Source: Longimicrobiales bacterium
GTDB lineage: Bacteria; Gemmatimonadota; Gemmatimonadetes; Longimicrobiales; Gaopeijiaceae
Length of the DNA: 64,000 nucleotides
Direction of reading: 5' to 3'
Assembly: GCA_965198065.1 (NCBI GenBank)
Contig: CBDAON010000004.1
Coordinates: forward strand, 192,001 to 256,000
The position numbers were made by a program, and so were the translations under genes. Shown here in pieces: positions 30,325 to 39,746 of the stretch (position 1 is its first letter; every line of letters begins with the position of its first letter). The notes beneath the pieces were generated by a model, which ran no database searches, was not told where the DNA came from, and worked only from the letters and a program-made list of their open reading frames with translations.

Positions 30325-31622
30325 GTCGAGACTCCCGTGGGATCCGGGCGCGTGACCGTCCGAGCTAGCACCGGCTCCGGACGGCCCGACGCCGGGCTCT
30401 TCCCTCTGGAAGCGCCCTTCAGGATCCGATCGCGATCCAACTGGAAAACGAACACCGCCGTTGCGATCCCGCTCACGACCGTCAGGGCGCCGCCAAAGAG
30501 AAAGCCCTCCACCCCCAGCTGGTCCAGGACGAGCACTGTCGCACCCACGAGCATGACATACGCGAGCGCGACCGGCAGCATCACCTTCCACCCGAGATGC
30601 ATGACCTGGTCATAGCGAAACCGCGGAAGCGTCCATCGCACCCAGATGAAGACCAGGACGAAGAACCCCGTCTTGACCGCGAACGCCAGGAACGTGATCA
30701 GTGTCATCCACCAGGCGGGGTTCGCCGCGATCGGCTGTCCGGTCGGCGTGAGCCCGGAGACGAGCGTGCCTTGGTACCAGAACATGTCGTCCCCGGACCA
30801 GAACGGGACGCTCCAACCGCCCAGGAACAGCGTGGCCATCAGGGCCGAGGCCGTGAGCACGTGGGCGTACTCGGCGATGAAGAACATCGAGAACTTCATG
30901 GCCGAGTATTCCGTGTGGTATCCGGTAATGAGCTCCGACTCGGCTTCCGGAAGGTCGAAGGGCAGCCGGTTCGTCTCTGCGAACGAGGAGATCACGAAGA
31001 GAACGAACGAGAGGGAGAGCGGGAGCGCGTACCAGAACCCGAGGGACTGCTGCTGGTGCACGATCTCGGTCAGAGTCACGTTTCCGGAGAGGATCAGGAC
31101 CGGTACGACGGAGAGCCCCAGGGCCACCTCGTAGCTCACCATCTGCGCTGACGCGCGGACTCCGCCCAGAAGCGCGTACTTGTTGTTCGAGGACCACCCG
31201 GCCAGGAACAGCCCGTACACGCCGAGGGACGCGAAAGCGAGGACGTAGAGGATGCCGATGGGCACGTCCGCCACCACCATGTCCACCACCCCCCAGGGCG
31301 TCGGGAGCGGCGCGGCGAAGGGGATCACGGCAAACGTGACGAGCGCGGGCACGATCGCGAGGGCCGGCGCGAGCACGAAGAAGAACTGGTTGGCGGTCGC
31401 GGGCATCGTCTCTTCTTTGAGCACGTTCTTTACGCCGTCCGCGATCGGCTGGAGGAGCCCGAACGGACCCACCCGATTCGGCCCCAGGCGATCCTGGATG
31501 AACGCCGAGACTCTGCGCTCCGCCAGGGTCATGTACGCCACCGCCAGGAGGATTGCCGTGAATACCGCGACGACCTTGATTACGGTCGAGATCACGAAGA
31601 CGGTCGGGGAGAGCTCGGGCAC
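30321..31622 (-). CDS. nuoH: NADH-quinone oxidoreductase subunit H
   Basis: ERRVSAFIQDRLGPNRVGP, QMVSYE, AETNRLPFDLPEAESEL, RWTLPRFRYDQ. Confidence 0.98.
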   Translation of the reverse strand: MPELSPTVFVISTVIKVVAVFTAILLAVAYMTLAERRVSAFIQDRLGPNRVGPFGLLQPIADGVKNVLKEETMPATANQFFFVLAPALAIVPALVTFAVIPFAAPLPTPWGVVDMVVADVPIGILYVLAFASLGVYGLFLAGWSSNNKYALLGGVRASAQMVSYEVALGLSVVPVLILSGNVTLTEIVHQQQSLGFWYALPLSLSFVLFVISSFAETNRLPFDLPEAESELITGYHTEYSAMKFSMFFIAEYAHVLTASALMATLFLGGWSVPFWSGDDMFWYQGTLVSGLTPTGQPIAANPAWWMTLITFLAFAVKTGFFVLVFIWVRWTLPRFRYDQVMHLGWKVMLPVALAYVMLVGATVLVLDQLGVEGFLFGGALTVVSGIATAVFVFQLDRDRILKGASRGKSPASGRPEPVLARTVTRPDPTGVST

Positions 31623-31625
31623 GAC

Positions 31626-33236
31626 TCAGGTCCCGGGAAGGGCGGCAAGCTCGTTCACGAGCGAGCCTTGAGTGCCGATGGCCTCATAGGTGAGGCCCTG
31701 GAGCTCGGGGGCGAGCTCCGCCGCGCGGAGGAACGCCTCGTAGACGTTCGCGGGCGCCGGATCCCCTCCGACGCGCTCCGCGAGAGCCCCGAGGACCCTC
31801 CACGCCGGGCGGGCCACCCCCGGCGCTCGAACGCCAGGCCAGAAGCGCTGAACCCGCCCCTCGAAGCTCGTGAAGGTGCCCTCTCCTTCCGCAAAGGTCG
31901 TGATCGGAAGGACGGCGTGCGCGGCGGACCAGGCCGGCGTCGAGTAGCTGCCGAGATACACGTAGAGGCCGGCCCGGGCGCCGAACGCGCTCCCGGCGTC
32001 CCGGAGCTCGTCGCCCAGAGCAAGCAAGGTTCCCTCGTGCTCCTCCCAGCCGTCCAGCCCACCCGTGCCGTCGTCCGCCCCGACCCGCTCGAGCCCCAGG
32101 ATCTCTGCCCCCTGCCGGTTCGGCACGAGATCCCGGCGACGGGTGAGCTCGGAGAAGCCCGGTAGAGGAATCTCCCTCTCGGCACGCGGGGACCGGAACA
32201 CCAGCTCTCCACCGCCAAGGGCCCGGACGAGCAGCACGAGAGCGGCCAGGTCTTCGTTCGAGGCTCCCGCCCATGCCACCGCCCGCACGGGACCCGAAGT
32301 TTCGACGAGACGCTCGGCGATCCGGTCAAGAGCCCGTCCCCACTCGGTCGCACCGGCCTCCCGACCCTCCCTGATCAGGGGGACCTCGATCCGGTCCCGC
32401 CGGTTCATCCACCCGTAGCGGTGCCGGCCGTAATCGCACATCCAGTGGTGGTTGACGTCTAGGTTGGGACGCGGCCGGAGGCGCTGGACCACGTCGTCAC
32501 GGACGTGGAGCTCGATGTTGCATCCCTGGGAGCAATTCGGACACACGGAGGGCGTGTGATCCAGGTCCCACGCCCGCGCCTTGTGGAGGAAGTCCTTCGA
32601 TACCAGCGCGCCCACCGGACAGATGTCCACGATGTTGCCCGCGAACGGCGAGCCTTCGACACCCTCCTCGAAGAACGTGTCGATGATGGATCGGTTCCCC
32701 CGCTCGACTACCGTGAGCAGAGGATCCTGCGCCACCTCGTTCATGAAGCGGACGCACCGGGTGCACATGACGCAGCGATCGCCGTAGAACAGGACGTCGC
32801 CCCCGAAGTCGTCCCGCCCGAAGACCCGTTTGGGCTCTCGGCTCCGGCCGTGCATGCGCCCCTCGGCGAACACATAGTCCTGGAGCTTGCACTCTCCGGA
32901 CTGGTCGCAGATCGGACAGTCGAGCGGGTGGTTGGCCAGGTAGAACTCGAGAACGCCCCGGCGCATCGCCTTCGCCTCGTCACTCTCGGTGCGGACCACC
33001 TGCCCGTCCTGAGTCTCCGTGACGCACGAGGCCACCAGCTTCGGCGCACCCTCGACCTCGACCAGACAGAGCCGACACTGTGCCGGGGACGAGAGCCCCG
33101 GATGGTAGCAGTAGTGGGGAACCCGGATCCCGACGGTCTCGGCCGCCTCGAGGATCGTGGTGCCCTTGGGCACGCGGACCGCTCGCCCATCCACGGTCGC
33201 GCTGACCATGGGCTTGGCGTCGACGGTCTCGCTCAT
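31626..33236 (-). CDS. nuoG: NADH-quinone oxidoreductase subunit G (short form)
   Basis: CYHP...CRLCLVE, NHPLDCPICDQSGECKLQD, CVMCTRCVRF, CPVGAL, CPNCSQGC. Confidence 0.93.
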   Translation of the reverse strand: MSETVDAKPMVSATVDGRAVRVPKGTTILEAAETVGIRVPHYCYHPGLSSPAQCRLCLVEVEGAPKLVASCVTETQDGQVVRTESDEAKAMRRGVLEFYLANHPLDCPICDQSGECKLQDYVFAEGRMHGRSREPKRVFGRDDFGGDVLFYGDRCVMCTRCVRFMNEVAQDPLLTVVERGNRSIIDTFFEEGVEGSPFAGNIVDICPVGALVSKDFLHKARAWDLDHTPSVCPNCSQGCNIELHVRDDVVQRLRPRPNLDVNHHWMCDYGRHRYGWMNRRDRIEVPLIREGREAGATEWGRALDRIAERLVETSGPVRAVAWAGASNEDLAALVLLVRALGGGELVFRSPRAEREIPLPGFSELTRRRDLVPNRQGAEILGLERVGADDGTGGLDGWEEHEGTLLALGDELRDAGSAFGARAGLYVYLGSYSTPAWSAAHAVLPITTFAEGEGTFTSFEGRVQRFWPGVRAPGVARPAWRVLGALAERVGGDPAPANVYEAFLRAAELAPELQGLTYEAIGTQGSLVNELAALPGT

Positions 33237-33288
33237 CGGGCCACTCCCCTCCAGTCGGTCACCGAGCCGCGCTCGCTCGCGCCCCCCG

Positions 33289-34581
33289 TCATCCAACCCC
33301 CACGGCTTCGCCGCGTCGGATCAAGGCCAGGTAATCCTCCCGGAACTTCTGGATCGAAGACGCGACGGGAACCGCGGCCGAGTCCGAAAGCACGCAGATC
33401 GTCGTCGCGGTCATCTGCGCGCCCAGCGACAGCAGCGTGTCCAGATCCTCCTCGGTGCCCCTCCCGTTCTCGATACGGGTGAGGATCCTGGCCAGCCAGG
33501 TGGTTCCCTCGCGGCAGGGCGTGCACTGCCCGCACGACTCGTGCGAGAAGAACTCGACCATCCGCCGAACCTGCTTCACGATGTTCGTCCGATCGTCCAT
33601 GACGATGACCGACGCGCACCCGAGCATCGACCCCTGCTTCGCGACCCCCTCGTAGTCCAGTGCGCAGGCATCGCACTCCTCGGCGGACATGATCGGCACC
33701 GAGGCGCCACCCGGGATCACCGCCTTGAGCTTCCTCCCCTCCTCGAACCCGCCGCAGACGTCGTAAATGAGATCCCACATGGGGAATCCGAGCGGAAGCT
33801 CATAGTTCCCCGGCCGACGCACGTGCCCGCTCACGCAGAACAACTTGGTCCCCGGGCTCTTCTCCGTGCCCCACTGCCGGTACCACTCCGCGCCGCTTCG
33901 AACGATGTGCGGGACGGCACACAGGGTCTCGACGTTGTTGATCGTCGTCGGCTGCCCGAACGCACCGACCGCCGCCGGAAAGGGGGGCTTCACCCGGGGA
34001 AGGCCGCGTCGCCCCTCGAGGGAGCTCATCAGGGCCGTTTCCTCCCCGCAGATGTAGGCCCCCGCCCCCTGATGCACTGTCACTTCGATCGTGGTCCCGG
34101 TGCCCAGGATGTCCGAGCCGGCGAGACCCGCTCCGTACGCCTCCTCCACGGCCCGCGCCAGCACCTGATTCGCCTCGAAGAACTCGCCCCTGCAGTAGAT
34201 GTAGACGTGGTCTGCCTGGATCGCGAAGGCTGCGATGAGGCATCCTTCCACGACCTGGTGGGGCGTCCACCGCATCAGCTCCCGGTCCTTGAACGTGCCG
34301 GGCTCGGATTCGTCCGCGTTGCAGCAGAGGTAGTGCGGGCCCTTCTTGTCCTTCGGCATGAAGGACCACTTGAGCCCCGTGGGAAATCCGGCGCCTCCCC
34401 TGCCCCGTAGCCCGCTCCCCTTCACCTCTTCGATGACTGCGGCGGGGCCCATCTCGAGGGCCTTCCGGAGCCCCTCGTACCCGCCCAGCGCCTGCCAGCC
34501 CTCGAGGGTTCGGGCACGCGGGTCGCCCCACCCCCGGCTGAGGACGGTGACCTCCTTCTCGTGAACGTAAGGGTACGCCAT
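33289..34581 (-). CDS. nuoF: NADH-quinone oxidoreductase subunit F
   Basis: SGLRGRGGAGFPTG, NADESEPGTFKDR, GAGAYICGEETAL, ESCGQCTPCREG. Confidence 0.98.
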   Translation of the reverse strand: MAYPYVHEKEVTVLSRGWGDPRARTLEGWQALGGYEGLRKALEMGPAAVIEEVKGSGLRGRGGAGFPTGLKWSFMPKDKKGPHYLCCNADESEPGTFKDRELMRWTPHQVVEGCLIAAFAIQADHVYIYCRGEFFEANQVLARAVEEAYGAGLAGSDILGTGTTIEVTVHQGAGAYICGEETALMSSLEGRRGLPRVKPPFPAAVGAFGQPTTINNVETLCAVPHIVRSGAEWYRQWGTEKSPGTKLFCVSGHVRRPGNYELPLGFPMWDLIYDVCGGFEEGRKLKAVIPGGASVPIMSAEECDACALDYEGVAKQGSMLGCASVIVMDDRTNIVKQVRRMVEFFSHESCGQCTPCREGTTWLARILTRIENGRGTEEDLDTLLSLGAQMTATTICVLSDSAAVPVASSIQKFREDYLALIRRGEAVGVG

Positions 34582-34635
34582 CCTACCTAGCCCGCGAGGC
34601 CGTCGTGCGCCCGCGCATCACCCGCGCCCCCTCCG

Positions 34636-35313
34636 TCATCGGCGCTCCTCCCTCAGGCGCTCGAGGAGCGCCGGAACGCCCGTGGGCGTCACGTTCTCGT
34701 AGTAGCGCGAGTTGATCTGGACGGCGGTGGGAAAGCCGCACGCCGCGAGACACTCGACCTCCGTCACCGTGAAGAGGCCATCCTCCGAGGTCTCCCCGAG
34801 CTCGGTGCCGGCATGCTCGAGGAACGCCTCCAGGACCTCGTCACCGCCGCACAAGTTGCACGAGATGTTCGTGCAGACCTGAATGAGGAAGCGGCCGACC
34901 GGCCGCTTGTTGAACATGGTGTAGAAGGTCGCCACCCCCCTCACGTCCGCCTCCGGAATCCCCGTGAGCTCAGCCACCTCCTGCATGGTTTCGGGCGAAA
35001 CGTGTCCACGGACCTCCTGCGCCAGGGCGAGGACCGGGAGCAGCGCTCCCCGCACATCGGGGTAGCGCGCGAGGATCTTCTCGTAACGCAGCCGATACGG
35101 ACCCTCGAAGAGCGGGGCGTCGGGATTCTTGTCGGCCAGCATGAACGGGTAGGCGGGCGCTCCCGACGCGTGACCGCCGTCCAGGGGTCGGGAGCCGAAG
35201 TAGTCGTCCCCCCGCACCTGGGACTCCGTCAGCTCGAACTCTCCTGTGTTCCCGGCCCACCCCGGATTTCGAAAGGGAGCCTGAGGGTAGGATGGGGTCT
35301 CGGAGTCGCTCAC
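34636..35313 (-). CDS. nuoE: NADH-quinone oxidoreductase subunit E
   Basis: VATFYTMF, CTNISC, ECLAAC; GTG start overlapping the nuoD stop is inferred. Confidence 0.93.
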   Translation of the reverse strand: MSDSETPSYPQAPFRNPGWAGNTGEFELTESQVRGDDYFGSRPLDGGHASGAPAYPFMLADKNPDAPLFEGPYRLRYEKILARYPDVRGALLPVLALAQEVRGHVSPETMQEVAELTGIPEADVRGVATFYTMFNKRPVGRFLIQVCTNISCNLCGGDEVLEAFLEHAGTELGETSEDGLFTVTEVECLAACGFPTAVQINSRYYENVTPTGVPALLERLREERR

Positions 35314-36587
35314 CGGTCGATCTCTCCCAGGACGATGTCCAGGCTTGCGTTCACGACGATGACGTCCGCGAGCAGGCCTCCCTCGACGAGCCGGGGAATC
35401 GCCGAGAGATTGACGAACGACGGGGGCCGGATTCTCCAGCGCACGGGCTTGGAGCCGCCGTCGCTCACCACGTACATGCCGAGCTCCCCCTTCGACCCCT
35501 CGATGGGGCAATACGACTCGCCCGGCGGTGACTTGACGCCCTCCATCACCAGCTTGAAGTGGTGGATCATGGACTCCATATCGTTCATGCAGTCGGTCTT
35601 GTCGGGAAGCACGACCCTCGGGTCGTCGACGTTGATCGGGCCGTCCGGAAGCCGGTCTAGCACCTGGAGCAGGATCCGGCAGCTCTGGCGCATCTCCTCC
35701 ATACGGACCATGTAGCGGTCGTAGCAATCCCCGTGCTCCCCGATGGGTACCTCGAAATCGTAGCTGTCGTAGTCGTAATACGGCCGATCCTTTCTGAGAT
35801 CGTACGGAATGCCGGACGCCCTCAGGTTGGGACCCGAGAGCCCGGCGTCGATCGCGTCCTCGCCCGATATCACTCCGACGCCCTGCGCCCTCCCGATGTG
35901 GATTCCGTTCCTCGCGAGGAGCAGATCGATCTCGTCCAGCGTCTTCGGGACCGTGCTCGCGAACCGCCGCACGCCCTCGGCCCACCCCTCCGGAATGTCC
36001 GCCATCATCCCGCCCACCCGCGTGGCGGACGTGGTGATCCGAGCCCCCGTGAAGGCCTCGTGGAGCTCGTAGACCCGTTCCCGCTCCTGGAACGCGTAGA
36101 GAAACGGCGTGAACGCCCCCACATCGATCGCCCACGTGCCCAGCCAGAGCAGGTGGGAGAAGATCCGGTCCAGCTCCATGCAGATCACGCGAACCACCTT
36201 GCAGCGCTCGGTCACCTCGAGTCCCATCATCTTCTCCACGGCCATTACGTGGGCGCAGTTGTATATGAGGGGCGCCAGGTAATCCATGCGGTCGGTGAGC
36301 GTGACGATCTGATTCCACGTCCGGTACTCACCGAGCTTCTCGAAAGAGGAGTGCAGATATCCGATGTGCGGAATGCAACGGACCACGGTCTCCCCGTCCA
36401 GCTCGAGCACCAAGCGGAGCACTCCGTGCGTGGCGGGGTGCTGGGGCCCGATGTTGATGAGCATGTTCCGCGAATCGAGCTCAGGCGAGGGAGCGTCCGC
36501 CGGGAGCACCGGCCCCCGCGCCGGGCGAAAGTCCATCCCCGCTTCCGGCGTACGGGATACCTCGAGCTCGACCGTCCGCCTCGACAT
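35310..36587 (-). CDS. nuoD: NADH-quinone oxidoreductase subunit D
   Basis: NIGPQHPATHGVLRL, DRMDY, GDCYDRY, DIVLGEIDR. Confidence 0.98.
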   Translation of the reverse strand: MSRRTVELEVSRTPEAGMDFRPARGPVLPADAPSPELDSRNMLINIGPQHPATHGVLRLVLELDGETVVRCIPHIGYLHSSFEKLGEYRTWNQIVTLTDRMDYLAPLIYNCAHVMAVEKMMGLEVTERCKVVRVICMELDRIFSHLLWLGTWAIDVGAFTPFLYAFQERERVYELHEAFTGARITTSATRVGGMMADIPEGWAEGVRRFASTVPKTLDEIDLLLARNGIHIGRAQGVGVISGEDAIDAGLSGPNLRASGIPYDLRKDRPYYDYDSYDFEVPIGEHGDCYDRYMVRMEEMRQSCRILLQVLDRLPDGPINVDDPRVVLPDKTDCMNDMESMIHHFKLVMEGVKSPPGESYCPIEGSKGELGMYVVSDGGSKPVRWRIRPPSFVNLSAIPRLVEGGLLADVIVVNASLDIVLGEIDR

Positions 36588-36589
36588 GT

Positions 36590-37345
36590 TCAGGTCTCCT
36601 CGCTCCCGTTGCTCACTCGCCGACCGGGCTCATCCTCAGCCGGATTGCTCGGCTGCTCGCTCGAATCCTTGGGAACGGCCTCTCCCCCCGTTTCGCGCCA
36701 GGGGACGACCTGCGGCTGTCCTCCCAGCTCGAGCTCCAGGGGGATGTAGTGGTCCTCCGGGTCGTGCGAGAGCGCACGCTGGGTCTGCTCTTCGCGGGAG
36801 AACCGGCCCCTCAGCGGGAAGTCCTTCCGGAGGGGGTGCCCCTCCGCGTAGTTCTGAGGCATGAGGATGCGCCGGAGATCGGGGTGACCCTCGAAGTGGA
36901 CGCCGAACATGTCGTAGACCTCCCGCTCCAACCAGTTCGCGGCTCCCCAGAGCCGCGTGGCCGATTCGATTCGCAGGTCGGACACGGGGAGCTCCGCCTT
37001 CACCCGAAGCGCGCGCCGATGAGGGAGGGAGAAGAGCTGGTACACGACCTGAACCGGCCGCCCGCCCCCGTAGTCGACTGCCGTGATGTCGGAGAGGAAG
37101 TTGTACGCCTCTCCTTGCTCGTCCCGGAGCCATTCCAGGATCTCCACGACTCGGGAGGCTTCCACGAAGATCACGTGCTCGTCCCCCGCCACGACCTCGT
37201 GACGGAGGATCGTAGCGCCGAAGCGCTCGCGGAGGGCGTCCTCCGTGGGGGTCGCCACGGGGGTACCGCGAGCCTCCGGGGACGCGGCAGCGCCGGGCGA
37301 CGCGTCCGCGGAGTCGGAGCGGTCCGGCGTCACGCCCTCAGACAC
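36590..37345 (-). CDS. nuoC: NADH-quinone oxidoreductase subunit C
   Basis: ANWLEREVYDMFGV.FEGHPDLRRIL, GHPLRKDFP. Confidence 0.96.
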   Translation of the reverse strand: MSEGVTPDRSDSADASPGAAASPEARGTPVATPTEDALRERFGATILRHEVVAGDEHVIFVEASRVVEILEWLRDEQGEAYNFLSDITAVDYGGGRPVQVVYQLFSLPHRRALRVKAELPVSDLRIESATRLWGAANWLEREVYDMFGVHFEGHPDLRRILMPQNYAEGHPLRKDFPLRGRFSREEQTQRALSHDPEDHYIPLELELGGQPQVVPWRETGGEAVPKDSSEQPSNPAEDEPGRRVSNGSEET

Positions 37346-37382
37346 GCCGGGGCCTCCAGGACATGCTTGGGGAACGCGGGGG

Positions 37383-38072
37383 TCAAGGAGTCCGGTCTCC
37401 CGGGCGGTCCTGAGGAGCTCCCCTGACCATACCGCTCACACGGTTTTGATCGGTGGAGTTGCCGAACGGACCCGAAAGGGCACGGATCTCCGCCGCCTCC
37501 GCCCTGGGAGCGCCGGCCTCCTCCGCACGCTCGATCCGATGCTCCGAGTGCCGCGCGAGTGTCTCGCCTCGGACCTTCTCCTGGATCATCATGAGCCCAT
37601 AAATCAGCCCCTCGGGGCGCGGGGGGCAGCCGGGGACGTAGACGTCCACGGGGATGACCGTGTCGATCCCCTGAACCATCGAATAGACGTCGAACACACC
37701 CCCCGACGACGCACAAGCTCCCATGGAGACGCACCACTTCGGCTGGGGCATCTGGTCCCACACCCGCCGCAGGACCGGCGCCAGTTTGTACGGAACCCGC
37801 CCGGCGCAGATGAGGACGTCCGCCTGCCTCGGCGAAAACGCCATCCGCTCCATCCCGAAGCGCGCCAGATCCTGATTCGAGGCCGCGGAGGCCATCATCT
37901 CGATGGCGCAGCACGCCGTCCCGAACGGCATGGGCCATAACGAGTTGCGCCGGGCCCAGTTGACCACGAAGTCCACCTTGGTGGTCAGGAACGTAGGCGT
38001 CCCCGACCTGAATATCCCCCCGGTGAGCCCGCGCTTCGCGGGAGCGGGCACCACGGTCCTCGGTTCGCTCAT
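37383..38072 (-). CDS. nuoB: NADH-quinone oxidoreductase subunit B
   Basis: [41 protein letters not shown]. Confidence 0.97.
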   Translation of the reverse strand: MSEPRTVVPAPAKRGLTGGIFRSGTPTFLTTKVDFVVNWARRNSLWPMPFGTACCAIEMMASAASNQDLARFGMERMAFSPRQADVLICAGRVPYKLAPVLRRVWDQMPQPKWCVSMGACASSGGVFDVYSMVQGIDTVIPVDVYVPGCPPRPEGLIYGLMMIQEKVRGETLARHSEHRIERAEEAGAPRAEAAEIRALSGPFGNSTDQNRVSGMVRGAPQDRPGDRTP

Positions 38073-38425
38073 TCCCAGTCTAGCACTCCTTTTCGCCACT
38101 CGTAGATCAACCCGACGACCAGCACGGCCGTGAAGATCACCACCGCCACGAACGCCTCCCAACCGAGTGCACGGGCCGCCACAGCCCACGGGATGAGGAA
38201 GACGGCCTCGAGGTCGAAGATGATGAAGCTAAGCGCGACCATGTAGAACTTGACCGAGAAGCGGGCCCGCGTGTCCCCGAGGGGGATCATCCCGGACTCG
38301 TACGGCATCTCCTTCTCGGGGGTCGGCCTCCGAGGGTTCAGCACATGCGAGGCCACGAGCATACCCACCGCGTTCGCCACCGATACGCCGAGCAGGATGA
38401 GAATCGGCAGGTAACTGGAGGACAT
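38069..38425 (-). CDS. nuoA: NADH-quinone oxidoreductase subunit A
   Basis: [30 protein letters not shown]. Confidence 0.97.
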   Translation of the reverse strand: MSSSYLPILILLGVSVANAVGMLVASHVLNPRRPTPEKEMPYESGMIPLGDTRARFSVKFYMVALSFIIFDLEAVFLIPWAVAARALGWEAFVAVVIFTAVLVVGLIYEWRKGVLDWE

Positions 38426-38446
38426 GTCTCGGGGAGAGCACTACGC

Positions 38447-38464
38447 TTGTGAAATTATTCACTA
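38447..38464. promoter_or_regulatory. Rex-type operator upstream of nuoA
   Basis: TTGTGAA-ATTA-TTCACTA, one mismatch to the Rex consensus TTGTGAA-N4-TTCACAA. Confidence 0.75.
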
Positions 38465-38476
38465 GCAAGTCGCACA

Positions 38477-38506
38477 AATCTACCCGGAAAACGGCGGGGG
38501 TGTCAA
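38477..38506 (-). promoter_or_regulatory. Candidate sigma70 promoter of the nuo operon
   Basis: Minus strand TTGACA (38506-38501), 18 bp, TAGATT (38482-38477). Confidence 0.6.
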
Positions 38507-38700
38507 CCCGACCCAGGCGGTCTATTTATTTACTGTATTTTCAAGGGATTTCGGGGGTTGGCGGCCCGGGGCGACGAGGGTCTTCCCTCGGGGCCGCTGG
38601 CCAACCCGATACTCCTCGACGTCATGGCTCGCTATGCCGCGGCTCGCCGATGGACCCCCTCGGTACGGCCCGATCGCTCCAGTCTCCGCATTTCCTTTCT

Positions 38701-38729
38701 TTGCCCACTGCCCCACCCCCCGGTATACT
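38701..38729 (+). promoter_or_regulatory. Candidate sigma70 promoter of dcd
   Basis: TTGCCC, 17 bp, TATACT. Confidence 0.5.
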
Positions 38730-38798
38730 CTCCCGCGTTCGCCGCAGCTTCCTGTTAAGACGACCCCCTCAACGGATGCCCCCGCGGCCCAGAAACCC

Positions 38799-39353
38799 AT
38801 GACGATTAAGAGTGACCGATGGATCCGGCGGATGGCCGAGGAGCACGGCATGATCGAGCCGTTCGAGCCAGGCCAAGTGCGGAAGGGGACGATATCATAC
38901 GGCCTCTCCTCCTACGGATACGACATCCGAGTCGCTCCTGAGTTCAAGGTCTTCACGAACGTCCACAGCGTTGTCGTGGATCCGAAGGTCTTCGACGAGC
39001 GGTCCTTCGTAGACGTGCCCGCGTCCGAGTGCATCATCCCCCCAAACTCGTTCGCGCTCGCGCGGACCGTAGAGTTCTTCCGCGTCCCCCGCGACACGCT
39101 GGTGCTCTGCGTGGGGAAGAGTACGTACGCGCGTTGCGGGATCATCGTGAACGTGACCCCACTCGAGCCGACCTGGCGGGGCTACCTCACCCTCGAGATT
39201 TCGAACACGACGCCGCTTCCCGCGAAGATCTACGCGAACGAGGGGATCGCTCAGCTCCTCTTCTTCCAGGGTGACGAGGAGCCGGAGATCGCGTACGAGG
39301 ACCGGGGGGGGAAGTACCAAGACCAGAAGGGGGTCACGCTGCCGAAGCTCTAG
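38799..39353 (+). CDS. dcd: dCTP deaminase
   Basis: [53 protein letters not shown]. Confidence 0.97.
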   Translation: MTIKSDRWIRRMAEEHGMIEPFEPGQVRKGTISYGLSSYGYDIRVAPEFKVFTNVHSVVVDPKVFDERSFVDVPASECIIPPNSFALARTVEFFRVPRDTLVLCVGKSTYARCGIIVNVTPLEPTWRGYLTLEISNTTPLPAKIYANEGIAQLLFFQGDEEPEIAYEDRGGKYQDQKGVTLPKL

Positions 39354-39387
39354 CGTGCCCTGAACCAGCGAGCTAAAGCTCCCAGCA

Positions 39388-39534
39388 TTGTACAACAACA
39401 ACTTAGGGGATTCTAGGCATCCGGCCGGATGCTAGGTAGGGCACTCCTAGGGCACAATCTTTTCACCACTGTATCCGCCCCCCGAATTCGAGGGGCGTCC
39501 GCGGCGAAAAACGCTAGGTCGCTGGATGGACACC
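39388..39534 (+). repeat. Long direct repeat, copy A (att-arm-like module)
   Basis: Near-identical to 42275-42419 from ttgtacaacaacaacttag to ggatggacacc; weaker similarity extends left to about 39355. Confidence 0.92.
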
Positions 39535-39579
39535 TCACCACGTAATCCTCGCCTCGTCGAACGTCTCCGATCATGGCAG

Positions 39580-39625
39580 CCTGCCTCCTCGTCGGGGGCG
39601 GCTTTACCCGCTAAGCTACAGGGGC
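39580..39625 (-). pseudogene. Degenerate tRNA 5' fragment (Arg-like)
   Basis: Minus strand GCCCCTG-TA-GCTT-AGCGGGTA-AAGC (acceptor 5' strand plus paired D-arm), then a damaged anticodon arm; no T-arm. Confidence 0.5.
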
Positions 39626-39746
39626 GTGACGGATGACGAATCCGAGGAGTCAGCCTAGAAGGGTCAACGGAAACCCGCCCGCATGTGTCCCCGCCAGTAG
39701 CACGGCTGCCCGTCTCCGCGTTGGTTCCCCCGACTAGAGGTCCTCC

